The notes below the pieces were generated by a model. The model did no database searches, had not been told where the DNA came from, and was given only the letters and a program-made list of their open reading frames with translations. Both the position numbers and the translations under genes were made by a program. From assembly GCA_964270895.1 (NCBI GenBank), contig OZ185437.1: a DNA stretch of 64,000 nucleotides. One strand, given 5' to 3'. Positions 35,827 to 47,782 of the stretch are shown here, in pieces. The stretch's first letter is position 1; each line of letters begins with the position of its first letter. The DNA comes from Podarcis filfolensis. Its lineage: Eukaryota.

Positions 35827-36674
35827 CTAAGAAATAGAATGCAAACAAACAAAAGCCCACTCATCTTGAGAAACCCGTAAGAGACTTGTGCATATAAAGT
35901 CCACATGTGTCACACAGTAAACATATGGTGGCGAGAGGCCACTTGTATGTTGAAGCCTAGTCAAACAGGCTTTGTTTTCTGCTCTGTTTTTGTGGCAAGA
36001 AAAAAAGCCCAGAGCTGGAGCCTGTAGGCTTGCTTTTATACTGGTTGCTCTAAAGCTGTGACCCCTCTTTCCAGTGAGCATTAAGCCAGTCACCTTTCTC
36101 TCTCCCAAGGGTGTCAAGATTTATTTTTCACTGATAGTTTTTGGAAGAAGTTTTTGCAGCCATTTAGTCTTATTACCGGGTTTTCTTGATTTATTTATTT
36201 TTATCAGTTTTGAAACGCTTTGTGCAACCAGAAAAGCAGTCTATAAACAACTGAGATCCAACCTGCTGCATTTTATCAGAGATAAACAAAGCAAAAATCC
36301 ATGCACACAATGGGGTTTTTTCTTGGCTCTTTCCCTCCCTATGGCTCTCAGAATAGCTGCTTGTGAGGATCAAAGGACCTTCTGGAATGGCATTGTGAGG
36401 AACCAGGGTTGCAGCAGGACAGGGAAACCAGGAGAACTCTGGAGCTGCCTTGCGCAAGCAGAAGCATATTTCTACTTGTGGGAGGTATTTCTGGGCTGAA
36501 GCAAATTAAAAAAACAGAGCAACAGTTCCTAAAGTGGCCTGCTTTCATTTGCCAAATGCGTCTACATAACATTTTAAGTTAAGTTTCCAAAGATGTCCCC
36601 TCCTGGCCAGAGCAATAAGGAGAGAATGAAGGTAGAGGCTCAAAAATGTAGCTGCTTAAATAGCACCACCATAC

Positions 36675-37374
36675 CTGGCACAAATGCCTAAATAGCTGCA
36701 GAGATTTGTGGTCCAGTTCTCCCTTGGATAGCACGTGGCAATGGAGAAACAACAAAGCATTCACCAGCAGCTGCTCCTGGGTGAGGCATACCCTCTGCTC
36801 CCCATCAGCATCCTCAGAGGAGTATTTCAGAGATAGCCTCTTAAGGCCATGAAGGACGTCCAGAGCGTTCACAGAGCACAAGGCATCCGCATGGGAAAGG
36901 TAACAGGGGAAAGTGGCGCTGACGGAAGGAAATGACAGCAGAGAGGCAACCAGAGTGCCAAGCTTGGCTGGGCAGACAAAACTGCTGAACATCGTCCTAT
37001 GGACTTCAGAAGCCACAAGCCTTAGGCCATGCTGCATCTGCAAAATGGCAGCTTGCAGTGGGACGACTGCATCAGGGAAGGCGGCATAGTCCTCTGCCAA
37101 CCGTTTCCTGAACTGATGGTGCGACTGCTGCCAGGCTGCCTCTTCACTGAGGACGTTTTGCACCATCTGGAGAGACTGAGACTTATCCAAATGGAGTAAC
37201 TGCAGCAGGCGGGTCACGAGATCCTGGACTTTTGAAGTCTGGGCAATGCTGCTGACGTACTGATGAACTTCCTTGTACAATGACTCATACGAAGGAGCCT
37301 GTGGTCTATAGGCTTGCTTTTGGCTGAGGCTGGCAATCTGGTCCTTCAGCTTCTGGATTCTTTGGCATAACATC
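36675..37374 (-). CDS. MDN1: MDN1 exon w34 (700 nt, linker)
   Basis: MLCQRIQKL...EEAAWQQSHHQFRKRL...KGELDHKSLQLFRHLCQ; CAG/GTATGG. Confidence 0.96.
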
Positions 37375-37866
37375 CTGAGAGAGGATAAGTTGCAAAAGGT
37401 CAAAGGTCAGGGTCATCCAACGATTATTAGATGAAAGCCGCCTTCAAGAGCAGAACAAATTATTTTGCTGCCATGATGAAATCTAAGTGCCACCCTGACT
37501 ATTTATATAGCTTCACTTTTCTTTGCCACGAGGAACTCAGGCAACTCTGTATAGGTCTAGGTACACTGGACGAAAGCAAGCTTTTTAAATTGTGTCCAGA
37601 TGGATGGGGACCAAATGGCAAGAGTCACACACCTGTTCTTGCAATCCACCCACCCCTGCCTCAAATCATTTATCACCCAAACGGCAAACTGAGAGTCAAG
37701 AAAACAAGAATCCTGTAGTTAAGTGCAACTACCCAAGGCTCTGTTACAAGCAGGGATTTGAACCCACAGCCCACTGGACTATTGTGACCATTTACAATTG
37801 CCCTTTCAAATTTGGGAACAGGAGGTAAACATTACATTCCAAAGCCACAGGGAATCTTGAAGTTAC

Positions 37867-37976
37867 CTAATGTGAGGGTGACTGTGATGGCTGATGGCTT
37901 CATCTTCCAGATCTTTCCCTGTGCGTAACTGAGTTGATAGATTGTGTGTCTTCCATTCACATTCTAGATGGTGCAG
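37867..37976 (-). CDS. MDN1: MDN1 exon w33 (linker)
   Basis: LHHLECEWKTHNLSTQLRTGKDLEDEAISHHSHPHI; CAG/GTAACT. Confidence 0.94.
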
Positions 37977-38166
37977 CTGAAGGCATCAAAAAACAAAAAA
38001 CCATGCAAGTTTCATTCAAGATAAAACTCTGCCACCACTCCAATTGGGTGGAGAAGGAGCTATTCTTGTGTACTGAGAATTTACAGATCCTTCTGTATGT
38101 TGTAAGTCTACAGCAAGGCTGTTACGTCATGACAAGTAAATGGAACCTCAAAGTCTAGAAACAGTG

Positions 38167-38350
38167 GGCTGTCTCCAATGTTGTCATGTTTGGGCAAGGA
38201 CTTATGCTTGCATAAATGAATTTGGCCCCCTCCCCACACACCCAAAACTGTTCTTGGCATTCCCAAAGCCCTCTGGAGCAGATTGGGAAGGGGTATAGGG
38301 AGAGGGAGGGGAAGTCCTTGCACAAATGGGATGATTTTGTTGGATACACC
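38167..38350. mobile_element. Degenerate palindromic element (MITE-like)
   Basis: Inverted gcaaggactt / aagtccttgc and weakly inverted termini. Confidence 0.4.
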
Positions 38351-38754
38351 ACCACTACCCCAGTTACCTCTGAATACCCATGACTAGTGACCATCATTGT
38401 CTAGGGAGCTGATCTCTAGCAATACACAGAAGGGCACAGATTCCTCACCTGTACTCAATCTGCATATCTGTGTATATCTTTATTCATCTTGTAGGGTTTT
38501 ACATGACTATGCAGAGACTCATTTTCTGTTTTGAAAAATAAATAAGATCTTGCACCCGCCCTAGTACTTGTAGTTATGCACCATGTTATCTGAATATTGG
38601 GTTGTTTTGTCTCATATGACAGCAAATTTCCAATGCAATCTTACTACATTTGTTCATGTGGCTTGGTATAGTTTAGCAGTCGTCTGAAGATTTGAAATGT
38701 CGGTGTAGCCTAAAAATCCCATTAGCCACAAGGCAAGGGAACCCAAGCCCTCAC

Positions 38755-39142
38755 CTCTTCCTCTGCGTACTTGAGCTTGTATTCCCTTTTCACCGCTGGA
38801 TCATACTGGGTCTGTGGAAGCCACAGCTGGATCTGCAGGAGACCTAGATTGACCCAGAGACTGCCTCGCCGAGCCGTTTCGGGCAAGTTCTGCAGTCCTC
38901 CTTCGTGCCCAAAGAACTGCTGCAAGCAAGTCAGCCAGATGCAGACGATCTGCTCAGGCAATATTTCCCGGGCAGCAGCATCCCTGAGCACTTTGCAAAT
39001 GTACTGAAACGCCGCTGGGCTCTTGGAGGAAACCTTATTGCAGTTCCGGAGATATTCCTCCTGCTGTTCTGCCGGAACCAGGCCTTTAAGAACTACGAGT
39101 TGCCTATGCAACATGACACCTTGGAACCTGGAATCTGTAAAC
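38755..39142 (-). CDS. MDN1: MDN1 exon w32 (linker)
   Basis: FTDSRFQGV...RGSLWVNLGLLQIQLWLPQ...DPAVKREYKLKYAEEE; CAG/GTGAGG. Confidence 0.92.
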
Positions 39143-39412
39143 CTGAAAGAAGAAAGAGATGTCCCAAATAAGGATGAAGAAGAGATCTGCAACTGGAAAG
39201 TCCCTAGAGCTTAATCAGGCTACTGGATAGGTATCACCTAGGCCTCTGCTGCCAACATAGAGACAAGAGAACTATCTCTACAGTAGGGTGGGGAGTCCAG
39301 CCACCCGCCCACCCCATCCTCAGGTGTGCTTCTCTTTTACGACCAGCTGTTAACCAAGGGTACAAAGCATCTATCTCTCCTGACCCCCCGGCTTTGTTTC
39401 TTAATGCAGTAC

Positions 39413-39627
39413 CTAAATTCAGCCATGGAAGAAAAGGGCAAGTTGGTCCACAGAACTGTGCTGACTTCCTGAAGCTGCTGTGCTCTTTCCAGCCGCTCTC
39501 CCAGTGTGACGTTGGAGGCGGACAGGACAGGGAGGCCGGTCACATCCCACTGGCTCCACTTGCTGCTGCTAGTTAGAATTTCAGAGAGGCACTTGGAGAA
39601 AACTGCTCGACTCAAAATACCCACACC
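39413..39627 (-). CDS. MDN1: MDN1 exon w31 (linker)
   Basis: GVGILSRAVFSKC...WDVTGLPVLS...SSMAEF; TAG/GTACTG. Confidence 0.92.
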
Positions 39628-41006
39628 CTAAATTAATAAAGATCAAAACATATGTTTATAGCATTGATAAAGGTTTCCACATTTTCTTTTATTTTTAAAA
39701 TGGGCAGGTCACAGACTTGGAAATGTCAGAACATTTTGGGGAACATGTTACCAAAAAACAACATCATCATCATTGAAACATTGGAACCCACTGAAAGTCA
39801 CTGAAATTTAAGTAGTGCACCAGGTTAGGTGGATGCAAAACAGGATTTCCAAACCAACATCCCACCCGTATTTAAAGTACTGTGCATAAGCACTAAACTA
39901 ATCCCTACCTTCAGCAATGAGATAATCCCAAAATCTGTAATTTTGCTAAATATATTTCCTAATTAAGTTTATTTAAAAGACACTTCCCCAACTTCTAATG
40001 CAGGGTTGTGCTATTTGTCTACCTGTCCTCTACAGTGGGAGAAAAACCTGTCACCCCCACCCCCGGCATTCTGATAATCAAAATATTTGATAGGGAGGGG
40101 TGAATCTAGCCTCATCTCAGCTGTGTTCCTTTATCTCCTGCACTGTCTCCAGTCAATGATTTTCATTGACCACTACAGAAAAATGCAAACAAAAGTGAAC
40201 ATACTGACAGGAACTTTGCTAATTTTGCACAAGTCGTTCAAATATGAAAAGTCCAGCTGGATTTTTGGACAGGGCATAGAAAATGGGTTTAGTTTTTTGT
40301 TCAAGTTGTCAGGCTCCTTTTCAAGCTTTGTTCAAAAAGCAAATCCAAGTTCCCCTGAATTTAGCATCAGTTGTATGGAAGAATTATCCAGACTGCAGCT
40401 TGTCACAAACATCTGCTGCTTAATAGGCAGCTCAAAAGCACTTTAGGAGCATTAACGGTTTATTTTATATTAATGCTGTATTTTAAACCTGCATAAGCTA
40501 TAAATAGCAGAGCCTTCCTTCCTTAGGATCAGTTCTAGTAGCCAATTCACACTCCAAGCAATGGTAGTGAATACTTTCAATCCTCTGAATGAATAGTGAA
40601 CCCATTCTCTGTGTGACATCAAAATGGCACCATTCATTCACAAGAAGGAACTATTAGGAAGTTTGTAGGAAACTCGATATCTGCAGAAGTACAATCCACC
40701 CCCCCCCCCAAAAAAAGATCTCCAGAAAAAATTGTAACTGGGAAAACTGAGTGAAGACTAAGCATGCTCAGTGGACAGAGAGGACTCACAATTAGGAGAG
40801 GAAAAAATTAAATGAGGTGACGGAATGGAGTAACCTAAAAGAAAGCATGGCTGGTTGGAATTGTGAACAGGAGCACTTGGCAGTGCATCGTTTTGTTGAA
40901 GGTCCTACACTATTCCGCAAAATAGTTTATCGTATAATAAGTTCCTGCCCTGACAGTAGAGTCTCACCCTAACCCTTTAAAAAAATGCAAGTTTCCTCAC
41001 ACACAC

Positions 41007-41174
41007 CTGAACAGAACAGTCCATGAGAGATTTTGGCATCTTCTTCTCTTCCACAGACAGCGGCTGCCAGGTCAACCAGCGCTCTGGATTTGTAGTAATG
41101 ACACTGCTCCAAAACGCTACTAAAGCAGCATTCACCAGTTCTGACCACACGAGAGAAATTTCTTCTGCAGAGAC
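41007..41174 (-). CDS. MDN1: MDN1 exon w30 (linker)
   Basis: VSAEEISLVWSEL...FWSSVITTNPERWLTW...MDCSVQ; TAG/GTGTGT (absent from ORF track). Confidence 0.93.
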
Positions 41175-42084
41175 CTAAAAGCGCCAGACAAAAATGCAGA
41201 AGACTTAAAAGAAGCTCTCAATGTTTGCCTCCGCTTTTTTAGTGTTCTAATGGAAGTGTGCACAAGTTTTACTTTTCAGGGACCAACCACATCAGCTAGA
41301 ATTTTCCTTCGCTTTCTTATTAAGGACAGGAAGCATTTCCTGCATCAGATATGAAAGTAAGGTTCTCCCTTGGTCCTAAGAGAGAACTTAAGACAGAAAA
41401 CACCACCACCAACCACATTGTTCAACTAGTTATAGCTAAGGACCTACTGCAGCATTCCCTGGACAAGCAATAAATGGGAGGGAATAGAGGAAACTGAGCC
41501 AGATGCACTGGGAATAGTACATCAAAAGTGTACTACAGCCTACATAGGAGCAAGCAAATAGCATGGGGGGAAGGGAGAAAGAGTGCCATAAGAATTTATA
41601 GCAGTACAAAGAGTTTAACAATGAATCAAGCAGAAGGAAAGAACTTTCCCACTCCAAAAACTTTGCAAGCAACCACAAGATGCTAGCTGATTCCTGAAGA
41701 TTGTTTCCAGGACATTGGACAACTGAAACCAGAGATGCTCACCAGGTAGCAAGGTTAAGGAGACAAAGTAAGGGGGGCAAGAGAGGAGAAATGTTGGCTC
41801 CTTAATCCACAGCGGATGCTTTTTAGAGCCATCTTACCTACTTTCAATTTTCCCGTTGTTTAGTTCTCGCTAAACACACAGTTTATCCAAAAATAAATAT
41901 GGGAAGTCAATCAAGGACTTCTGTTTAAATGCCAGGAAGTTAGTCTGTCATCTCCTGCCCCCCCCCATGTAGCTGCTCCTTTTATTAAGTAACAGTTAAA
42001 TTTATGTCGATTTGATTTTTTAATTCTTTACATAAATTACTCAAAAAATGAATGACAAAAAAGAAAATAATGATGATAATAATA

Positions 42085-42434
42085 AAGTTAAAAGGACCCC
42101 TGATCATTAGGTCCAGTCATGGCTGACTCTGGGATTGTGGCGCTCATCTCGCTTTATTGGCCGAGGGAGTCGGCATACAGCTTCCGGGTCATGTGGCCAG
42201 CATGACTAAGCCGCTTCTGGCGAACCAGAGCAGCACACAGAAACGCCGTTTACCTTCCCGCCGGAGCGGTACCTATTTATCTACTTGCACTTTGACGTGC
42301 TTTTGAACTGCTAAGTTGGCAGGAGCAGGGACCGAGCAACGGGAGCTCACGCCATCGTGGGGATTCGAACTGCCAACCTTCTGATTGGCAAGTCCTAGGC
42401 TCTGTGGTTTACCCCACAGCACCACCCGCGTCCC
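42085..42434 (-). mobile_element. Sauria SINE, full length, 12-bp TSD
   Basis: Same family as 6605; B box AGTTCGAATCC; TSD ATGATAATAATA at 42073-42084 and 42437-42448. Confidence 0.93.
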
Positions 42435-42664
42435 TTATGATAATAATAATAGAGATAAAAAGTACCCAGGTGTTTGACACTGACAATGAGAATGAGAATG
42501 TGCAGAGCACTATAGTACAGCCCCTTTTGATATCATATTACATTTTCCCTTGTTTTGTATGTTGCAGGTCTCTGTCCTGGATTGGAGAATACAGTGCAAT
42601 GTGAATAAAGAAAAGAAAAATGAAAAGGGAAGGGGAGTTTTCTGAACTTAACACTTGTTCTTAC

Positions 42665-42791
42665 CTTTTGAGAGTCTAATAAGTAATAAAGGCCTTGAAG
42701 CTGTTGTGAGGTAGATGGTGTAAACTTAAGGCAGAAAGCAATAAATTGCCTTATTTCTGAACATAGGCTTGATTGTTGACTGCTATCATTC
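42665..42791 (-). CDS. MDN1: MDN1 exon w29 (linker)
   Basis: NDSSQQSSLCSEIRQFIAFCLKFTP...LLDSQK; CAG/GTAAGA. Confidence 0.92.
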
Positions 42792-43217
42792 CTGAGAAAA
42801 GAAAAGGCATGGGTATTGATTGACAGTTTGTATACACACCAAGGTACAAAAATACTGAAAGGGGAAAGACGCAACACATCAATCATGTCAATTAGAAATT
42901 AAAGGAAAGTCCCACATTCAAAATCACCCTGGTCCTATTCAGAAATGCTCAGAATGTCTCATAATCCTTTTGAGACATAAATTCTGAAATTCTCCCCAAT
43001 TCAAAGTTACTTGCATTTCTGTCAGCAGAATTGAGGTTTAAAAACATCTTGAGACATTCTAGCTCAGAGTGCGCGTTCATGAATTTGCTACCTGACAGAG
43101 CCATGGCAAACCACAAGATAAAAAGACTACAAAAGCTTAAGGAAGGGAAAGGCTGGATAATCGACCTTACATGAATCCCAGAAACCTTTTGCTCCATCAC
43201 AGAAAACTTGCCCTCAC

Positions 43218-43440
43218 CTTTGCAAAGAAGCCTCAGCTATACAATCAGTGGTTAGCTTGTACTGCCAAAGCACAGCTAGATACTCCATTGCAGGCCACAG
43301 TTGCACCTTATTGCAGAGCTGAGTTATCAAACTAGAATCCACCTGTTTGCCTTCAGCAGGCTTTTCTTTGAGAGGCTCAAGCAAGACACCTCCTTCCCTC
43401 AGCTTTGACTGCTGGAGATTCACCAGAGCCCATAACTCAT
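43218..43440 (-). CDS. MDN1: MDN1 exon w28 (linker)
   Basis: ELWALVNLQQ...VQLWPAMEYLAVLWQYK...ASLQ; CAG/GTGAGG. Confidence 0.94.
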
Positions 43441-43709
43441 CTGAAAGAAATAAAGAATAGAAATAGCCTGCAACTAAAATCTTGTACCAAAATAAGATTT
43501 AAGGCAAAACAAACTAACTTATCAGCACAAAATATAACAGGGGGAAAAATACAAACCTGGAAATATGAATTTTATCTGGATTTTTATGTTCATTTGCAGG
43601 AAACACGGAAGCTTACTATATGAACATGAAAATACATATTTGAAGTAACCTGTAGTACAAACATTATGAGGTGTTCTTCGCTCCACCTGACCACAAATAA
43701 ATCATTTAC

Positions 43710-43920
43710 CTGAAATGACATCCTTCAAATTATTGGCTCTGAGAACTAGGCCTTGAGCCTGGAGCAATGCAGTCTTGATTTTCCACTCTGTGGCGGCCAT
43801 TTTCAGAATACAGACCTCCTTCTGCCATTCGCCATCTCCAATAGCGGGCCTCAGCTCCTGGACATTAAGTGCTTTGGAAATTTTCCGCAACTGAACAGAC
43901 GCATCCACTACTCCTACATC
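43710..43920 (-). CDS. MDN1: MDN1 exon w27 (linker)
   Basis: DVGVVDASVQL...LLQAQGLVLRANNLKDVIS; CAG/GTAAAT. Confidence 0.93.
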
Positions 43921-44485
43921 CTGAATAAGTTGAATAAAAATAAAAATGGCAACTCCCAACTCAATAGACTGAACACTATTTTGTTTTGTTTTACTAAAAC
44001 GCATGATAGAGACCACTTATGCTGACCTCTTCTGTAAAGACTGAAGGGGTGCATATAATTTATATGCATGCAAGCAGCAGTCAACCGTTTAGCCAATTGT
44101 GCCAAAGTCCAAAGCATGAGAATGCCCCACACTAAGGGTGCACACTTTGGTATGTATGCAGTACTCTGTCTAAGAGAGTGGGTACTTTTGCGTCCGGTTA
44201 ACAGAAGCAGCGCTGCAAGACAGGACAGGCAGGATCAACGGTTTGCTTCGTTTCCTAAGCCAGGCCCCATTGGTCTCACAGCTTCTGCACAAGCATGCTA
44301 CTAAAAAATCTGCTGCCTGAGCATTTGTATAGCTGTGCAAGTATATTCAAAAGTGATATACTGTACTAGGAACTGCTATCTAGGAACACAGAAAACAAGT
44401 CAGCTGATTGGTCCATCTACCCAAGTACTGTGTGCACTGAATGGCAGTAAGCTCTCTGGGTTTTCAGGCAGGAATGTGAAGATTG

Positions 44486-44539
44486 AAACCCAGCCAGATG
44501 GGTGGGGTATAAATAATAAATGATGATGATGATGATGAT
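44486..44539 (+). mobile_element. L2 3' tail remnant with (GAT)n
   Basis: gaaacccagccagatgggtggggtataaataataaa matches the 21810-21835 terminus. Confidence 0.6.
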
Positions 44540-44808
44540 ACTTAATTATAGCTCTCGCTGTAGGGTGTTTAGTAAGTCTGATCTAACTTTTCTTGAAAGG
44601 AGAGTATTTATATTTCTAAATCCATACACTCACTTGATCACCTTCTTAAATATCTATAAGCAGTTCTGTAACTCTGAGACACGAGTTCCTTAAATAATTC
44701 TAGATGGGTAGGGTAGCAGTGTAATACAACAGTTTTTCTAAAACGTATTACCAAAGAGAAACCTCCATAGAAGTCAACAGTACTCAGTTACATATAAATA
44801 CATTGCAC

Positions 44809-44929
44809 CTTGAATGGAAGAGGTCTTCCCCAAAACTTCTGCAGCTTCTTAACACTAGCAGAAACACCAGCAGGACTGGCTAGGCAAGCCTGGATTTGTT
44901 GTGAGGCAGACTGAATATCCTTGGGCAGC
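44809..44929 (-). CDS. MDN1: MDN1 exon w26 (linker)
   Basis: LPKDIQSASQQIQACL...KKLQKFWGRPLPFK; AAG/GTGCAA. Confidence 0.92.
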
Positions 44930-45048
44930 CTTAAAATAAGAGAAGGAATAATTGTTTATACAGAAAACTGAGAAAAGGTAAGATTGGTCATCAAACCATG
45001 CATGCAGCCTGGATATACAGCAACCTATGAAACCTCATTCCCCCAGTT

Positions 45049-45185
45049 CAGAGCTTTCCAAACAGTGTGTCATGACACATTAGTGTGTCGGCTGCTGTGT
45101 GTAGGTGTGTCACGCAAACGCTCCCCACACTCCTCCTAGGGCTGGAAAGGGGTTAGTTTAACCTCAGGCTTGCTAATAAAACTGA
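45049..45185. mobile_element. hAT-like element end fragment
   Basis: Starts CAGAGCTTTCCAAAC..gtgtgtcatgacacattagtgtgtc; no second TIR found. Confidence 0.3.
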
Positions 45186-45388
45186 ATTATAGATGGTACA
45201 TAGCCCTCTTGACATCATTACCTACAGGGAACACTAAGAATACCTCTGTGCAGGGACTTTATACCTTCTAATCCCAGCCATTCCAACATATATAGGAAAC
45301 ATAATAAAACATTAAACCTTAAAAAGCTTCCCTATAGAAGGCTGCCTTCAGATTTAATGCATTGGTGTACAAGCTAAAGACAACATAC

Positions 45389-45549
45389 TTCTGCTGCTCG
45401 TATGTGCTCAGCAACTTAGTTGTCCTGCTGATTAAATGTTTCACAACCCAGTGCCAGTGAAGAGACAGGAGTGCTAAGCCAGAGGAATCCACAGCAACCA
45501 TGTCAGATATCGTCCAAAACCTGTCACGCCACAATAAACAGTGCAGTAT
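45389..45549 (-). CDS. MDN1: MDN1 exon w25 (linker)
   Basis: ILHCLLWRDRFWT...LALLSLHWHWVVKHL...EQQ; TAG/GTATGT. Confidence 0.95.
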
Positions 45550-46384
45550 CTAGAGGCAAGCCAGAAAAAAAATGAGTCTTCCATTCCATGATGCACACGG
45601 TAATGCTTTTTCAGGTGGAGAGCATTGTTCTTTTATCATTAGGAAATGACAGATATTTTAAATCCAAAAGGGCCTTGTTTGAGCAGAAAGACACCTTCAT
45701 GCCTGAGACTTTACGTCTGAGATGGAAAAGGTGCAAGTCTAGGATAACACAAGCTGCTAGACAAAAATTGCACCTTCCAACCTTCAGTGTATCAGGAGGG
45801 TAACCTCTTGCACTTCACCCACTGAGCTATGAGCCTGAAGTAGACTCCCTGTGGTCCTTGCTCAGAGAATCTCTTAAGGCAGCTTCCATGACCCATCCAG
45901 GCTGTGCTCCAGAAAACAGTATCTTTCTGGAAACAGATTTCTCTGATCTAACATCCTAAATTAGACCAGAAAAACAGAAAGCTGGAGCACTGCAGTTCTT
46001 GCAATTTAGCTTATCCTTTGGCATGAAGATGATCAGCTTTCCATTTCTGCAATCATTCATGGATCCTTGGCTTCGTTCTGGAATGTACTTATATTTACAG
46101 GGACACACTATTTCCCTACAGTTCAAACTAGGCAAAACATTTATCTGTTTTAGACAAGCTCTTATTCCTAAGTCAGAGGAATCTCTTGAATGTGACTAAC
46201 CACTGTGCCCGATCCTCCAAGCAACTGGAAAAGACAGGTGGATTTCATGTCCTCTTTCCAGGTTTCCACTTTCAAACAAAATGGTATGACAAAAATATCA
46301 GAGACCGTAACACAGGGAAAGCAAGTGGACAGCTCCTAAAGTCCAAGCAATGGGTGACCCCAGATGTTTGTATGGTCTACTTAC

Positions 46385-46518
46385 TTCATACATTTTTTCA
46401 TCAGGCACAGACCCTTGAGTAGACTTCAACCAGTTCAGCACAAAGGCATCCCAAAGTTCAAAAAAGCCTGCGAGGTTCACCACAATAGCATGCGGCAGTG
46501 AGCTGTGGCTGCCGGGAT
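46385..46518 (-). CDS. MDN1: MDN1 exon w24 (linker)
   Basis: PGSHSSLPHAIVVNLAGFFELWDAFV...KMYE; AAG/GTAAGT. Confidence 0.92.
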
Positions 46519-46535
46519 CTTCATTTCAAGAATAA

Positions 46536-46585
46536 AATTAAACCAAAAGACAATGCAGAAAATTAAACCAAAAGAAAATGCAGAA
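46536..46585. repeat. 25-bp tandem duplication (1 mismatch)
   Basis: aattaaaccaaaagacaatgcagaa / aattaaaccaaaagaaaatgcagaa. Confidence 0.95.
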
Positions 46586-46663
46586 CTGTATCCAAGCACC
46601 GTGTTACAAAAACAACATCAGTGATTCGTTTAAGTAATTTTTAAATAGAAACACAATAGATAC

Positions 46664-46773
46664 CTTTATGGAACTCCAGTGACATCCTCAAAGCACTAGT
46701 TCTTGGCTTTTTGGTATTAATCAGGCTCCTTTCAACGTAGCTCTTTTTCTCACGGTCCAGAAACAGTATTGCC
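46664..46773 (-). CDS. MDN1: MDN1 exon w23 (linker)
   Basis: AILFLDREKKSYVE...ALRMSLEFHK; CAG/GTATCT. Confidence 0.94.
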
Positions 46774-47170
46774 CTGTAATTACAACACAACAAACCCACA
46801 CAGATATCATTGTTATTATGTCAAGAGTATATCAAAATCCTGTTAAGAGAAAGCTAACAGCCCACAAATTGAATCATATTGGGACTATTTAACATGTACA
46901 TAATGCAGAGAAAGCATTAGACACTACAAAATACTAATGTGAAATGGATCCTGAATAGAGAATTTATAATCTGCATTAGACGAGCAAAACAGGAGGAAAG
47001 AATTCTGACTACGGCAGTGGGTAATGGCAGAAGATGCATGAATATTCTGAATGATTTATGTAAAAATGAGTTTCCTTGTGAAATAAAGGTTCTGATTTAA
47101 CTGTACTCTTAGATTTTGGATTATCAGTGAGAATAAGGGTACCCGACTTTTTCTAGATTGTACATTACAC

Positions 47171-47300
47171 CAGCCTTCATCAACCTGGTGCCCTTGAAAT
47201 GTTTTGGACTACAACTCCTATCAGTCCCAGCACAGCATAGCTATGGCTGATGGGAACTGTAGTCCAAAACTTCTTAAGGGCACCAGGTTAGCGAAAGCTG
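47171..47300. mobile_element. Palindromic hAT-like MITE, 130 bp
   Basis: Long inverted arms aacctggtgccctt..ttttggactaca / tgtagtccaaaa..aagggcaccaggtt; 6/8 TSD cattacac/ccttacaa. Confidence 0.75.
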
Positions 47301-47486
47301 CCTTACAACTTGCCTTCCAAAAGAAAACATAGCCAGGGATTGATTGGTTGGGGTTTTTTAGCAGTTTGGGGAGGGGGATTGGAATCTGTGACAATTATAG
47401 ACTATCGGCCAACTTAAAAAGGGAAAGACATTATTACAGAACGTGGAAATGACAAACTAACTTTTCTAATCAAAATAACAGAAAGA

Positions 47487-47624
47487 AGGTGGATACCAAT
47501 TGGTCCTCCACATGTTGCTGGAACTACGACACCCATCATGCCTGGCCATCGGCCATGGCTGAAGCATATGGGGAGAGTTGGGAGACCAAAAACACCTGAA
47601 GGGCCACAGGGTTTCCCCATCCCG
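47487..47624. mobile_element. Degenerate palindromic MITE, type of 5334
   Basis: ggaactacgacacccatcat..gggagagttggg; ends ggtttccccatccc. Confidence 0.45.
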
Positions 47625-47652
47625 GAAATAGCACATGTGTGACTGAACTCAC

Positions 47653-47782
47653 CGATTTGAAAGTGATTTCAGCAGGATAAGCAGTTGATCCGAGTGTTCT
47701 TCTGCTTCAAAGTCCACTGAATTGCTAATGATATCCAAACACTGCATGTTCCATCTGGGATCCATAGGAATCACATGCTCAT
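47653..47782 (-). CDS. MDN1: MDN1 exon w22 (linker)
   Basis: EHVIPMDPRWNMQCLDII...LLKSLSN; CAG/GTGAGT. Confidence 0.94.

Noticed and set aside
40087-40446. 119-aa plus ORF and a coding-looking minus frame
   Set aside because: The minus frame has an internal TGA, MDN1 is complete without it (w30 joins w31 in phase), and I see no homology.
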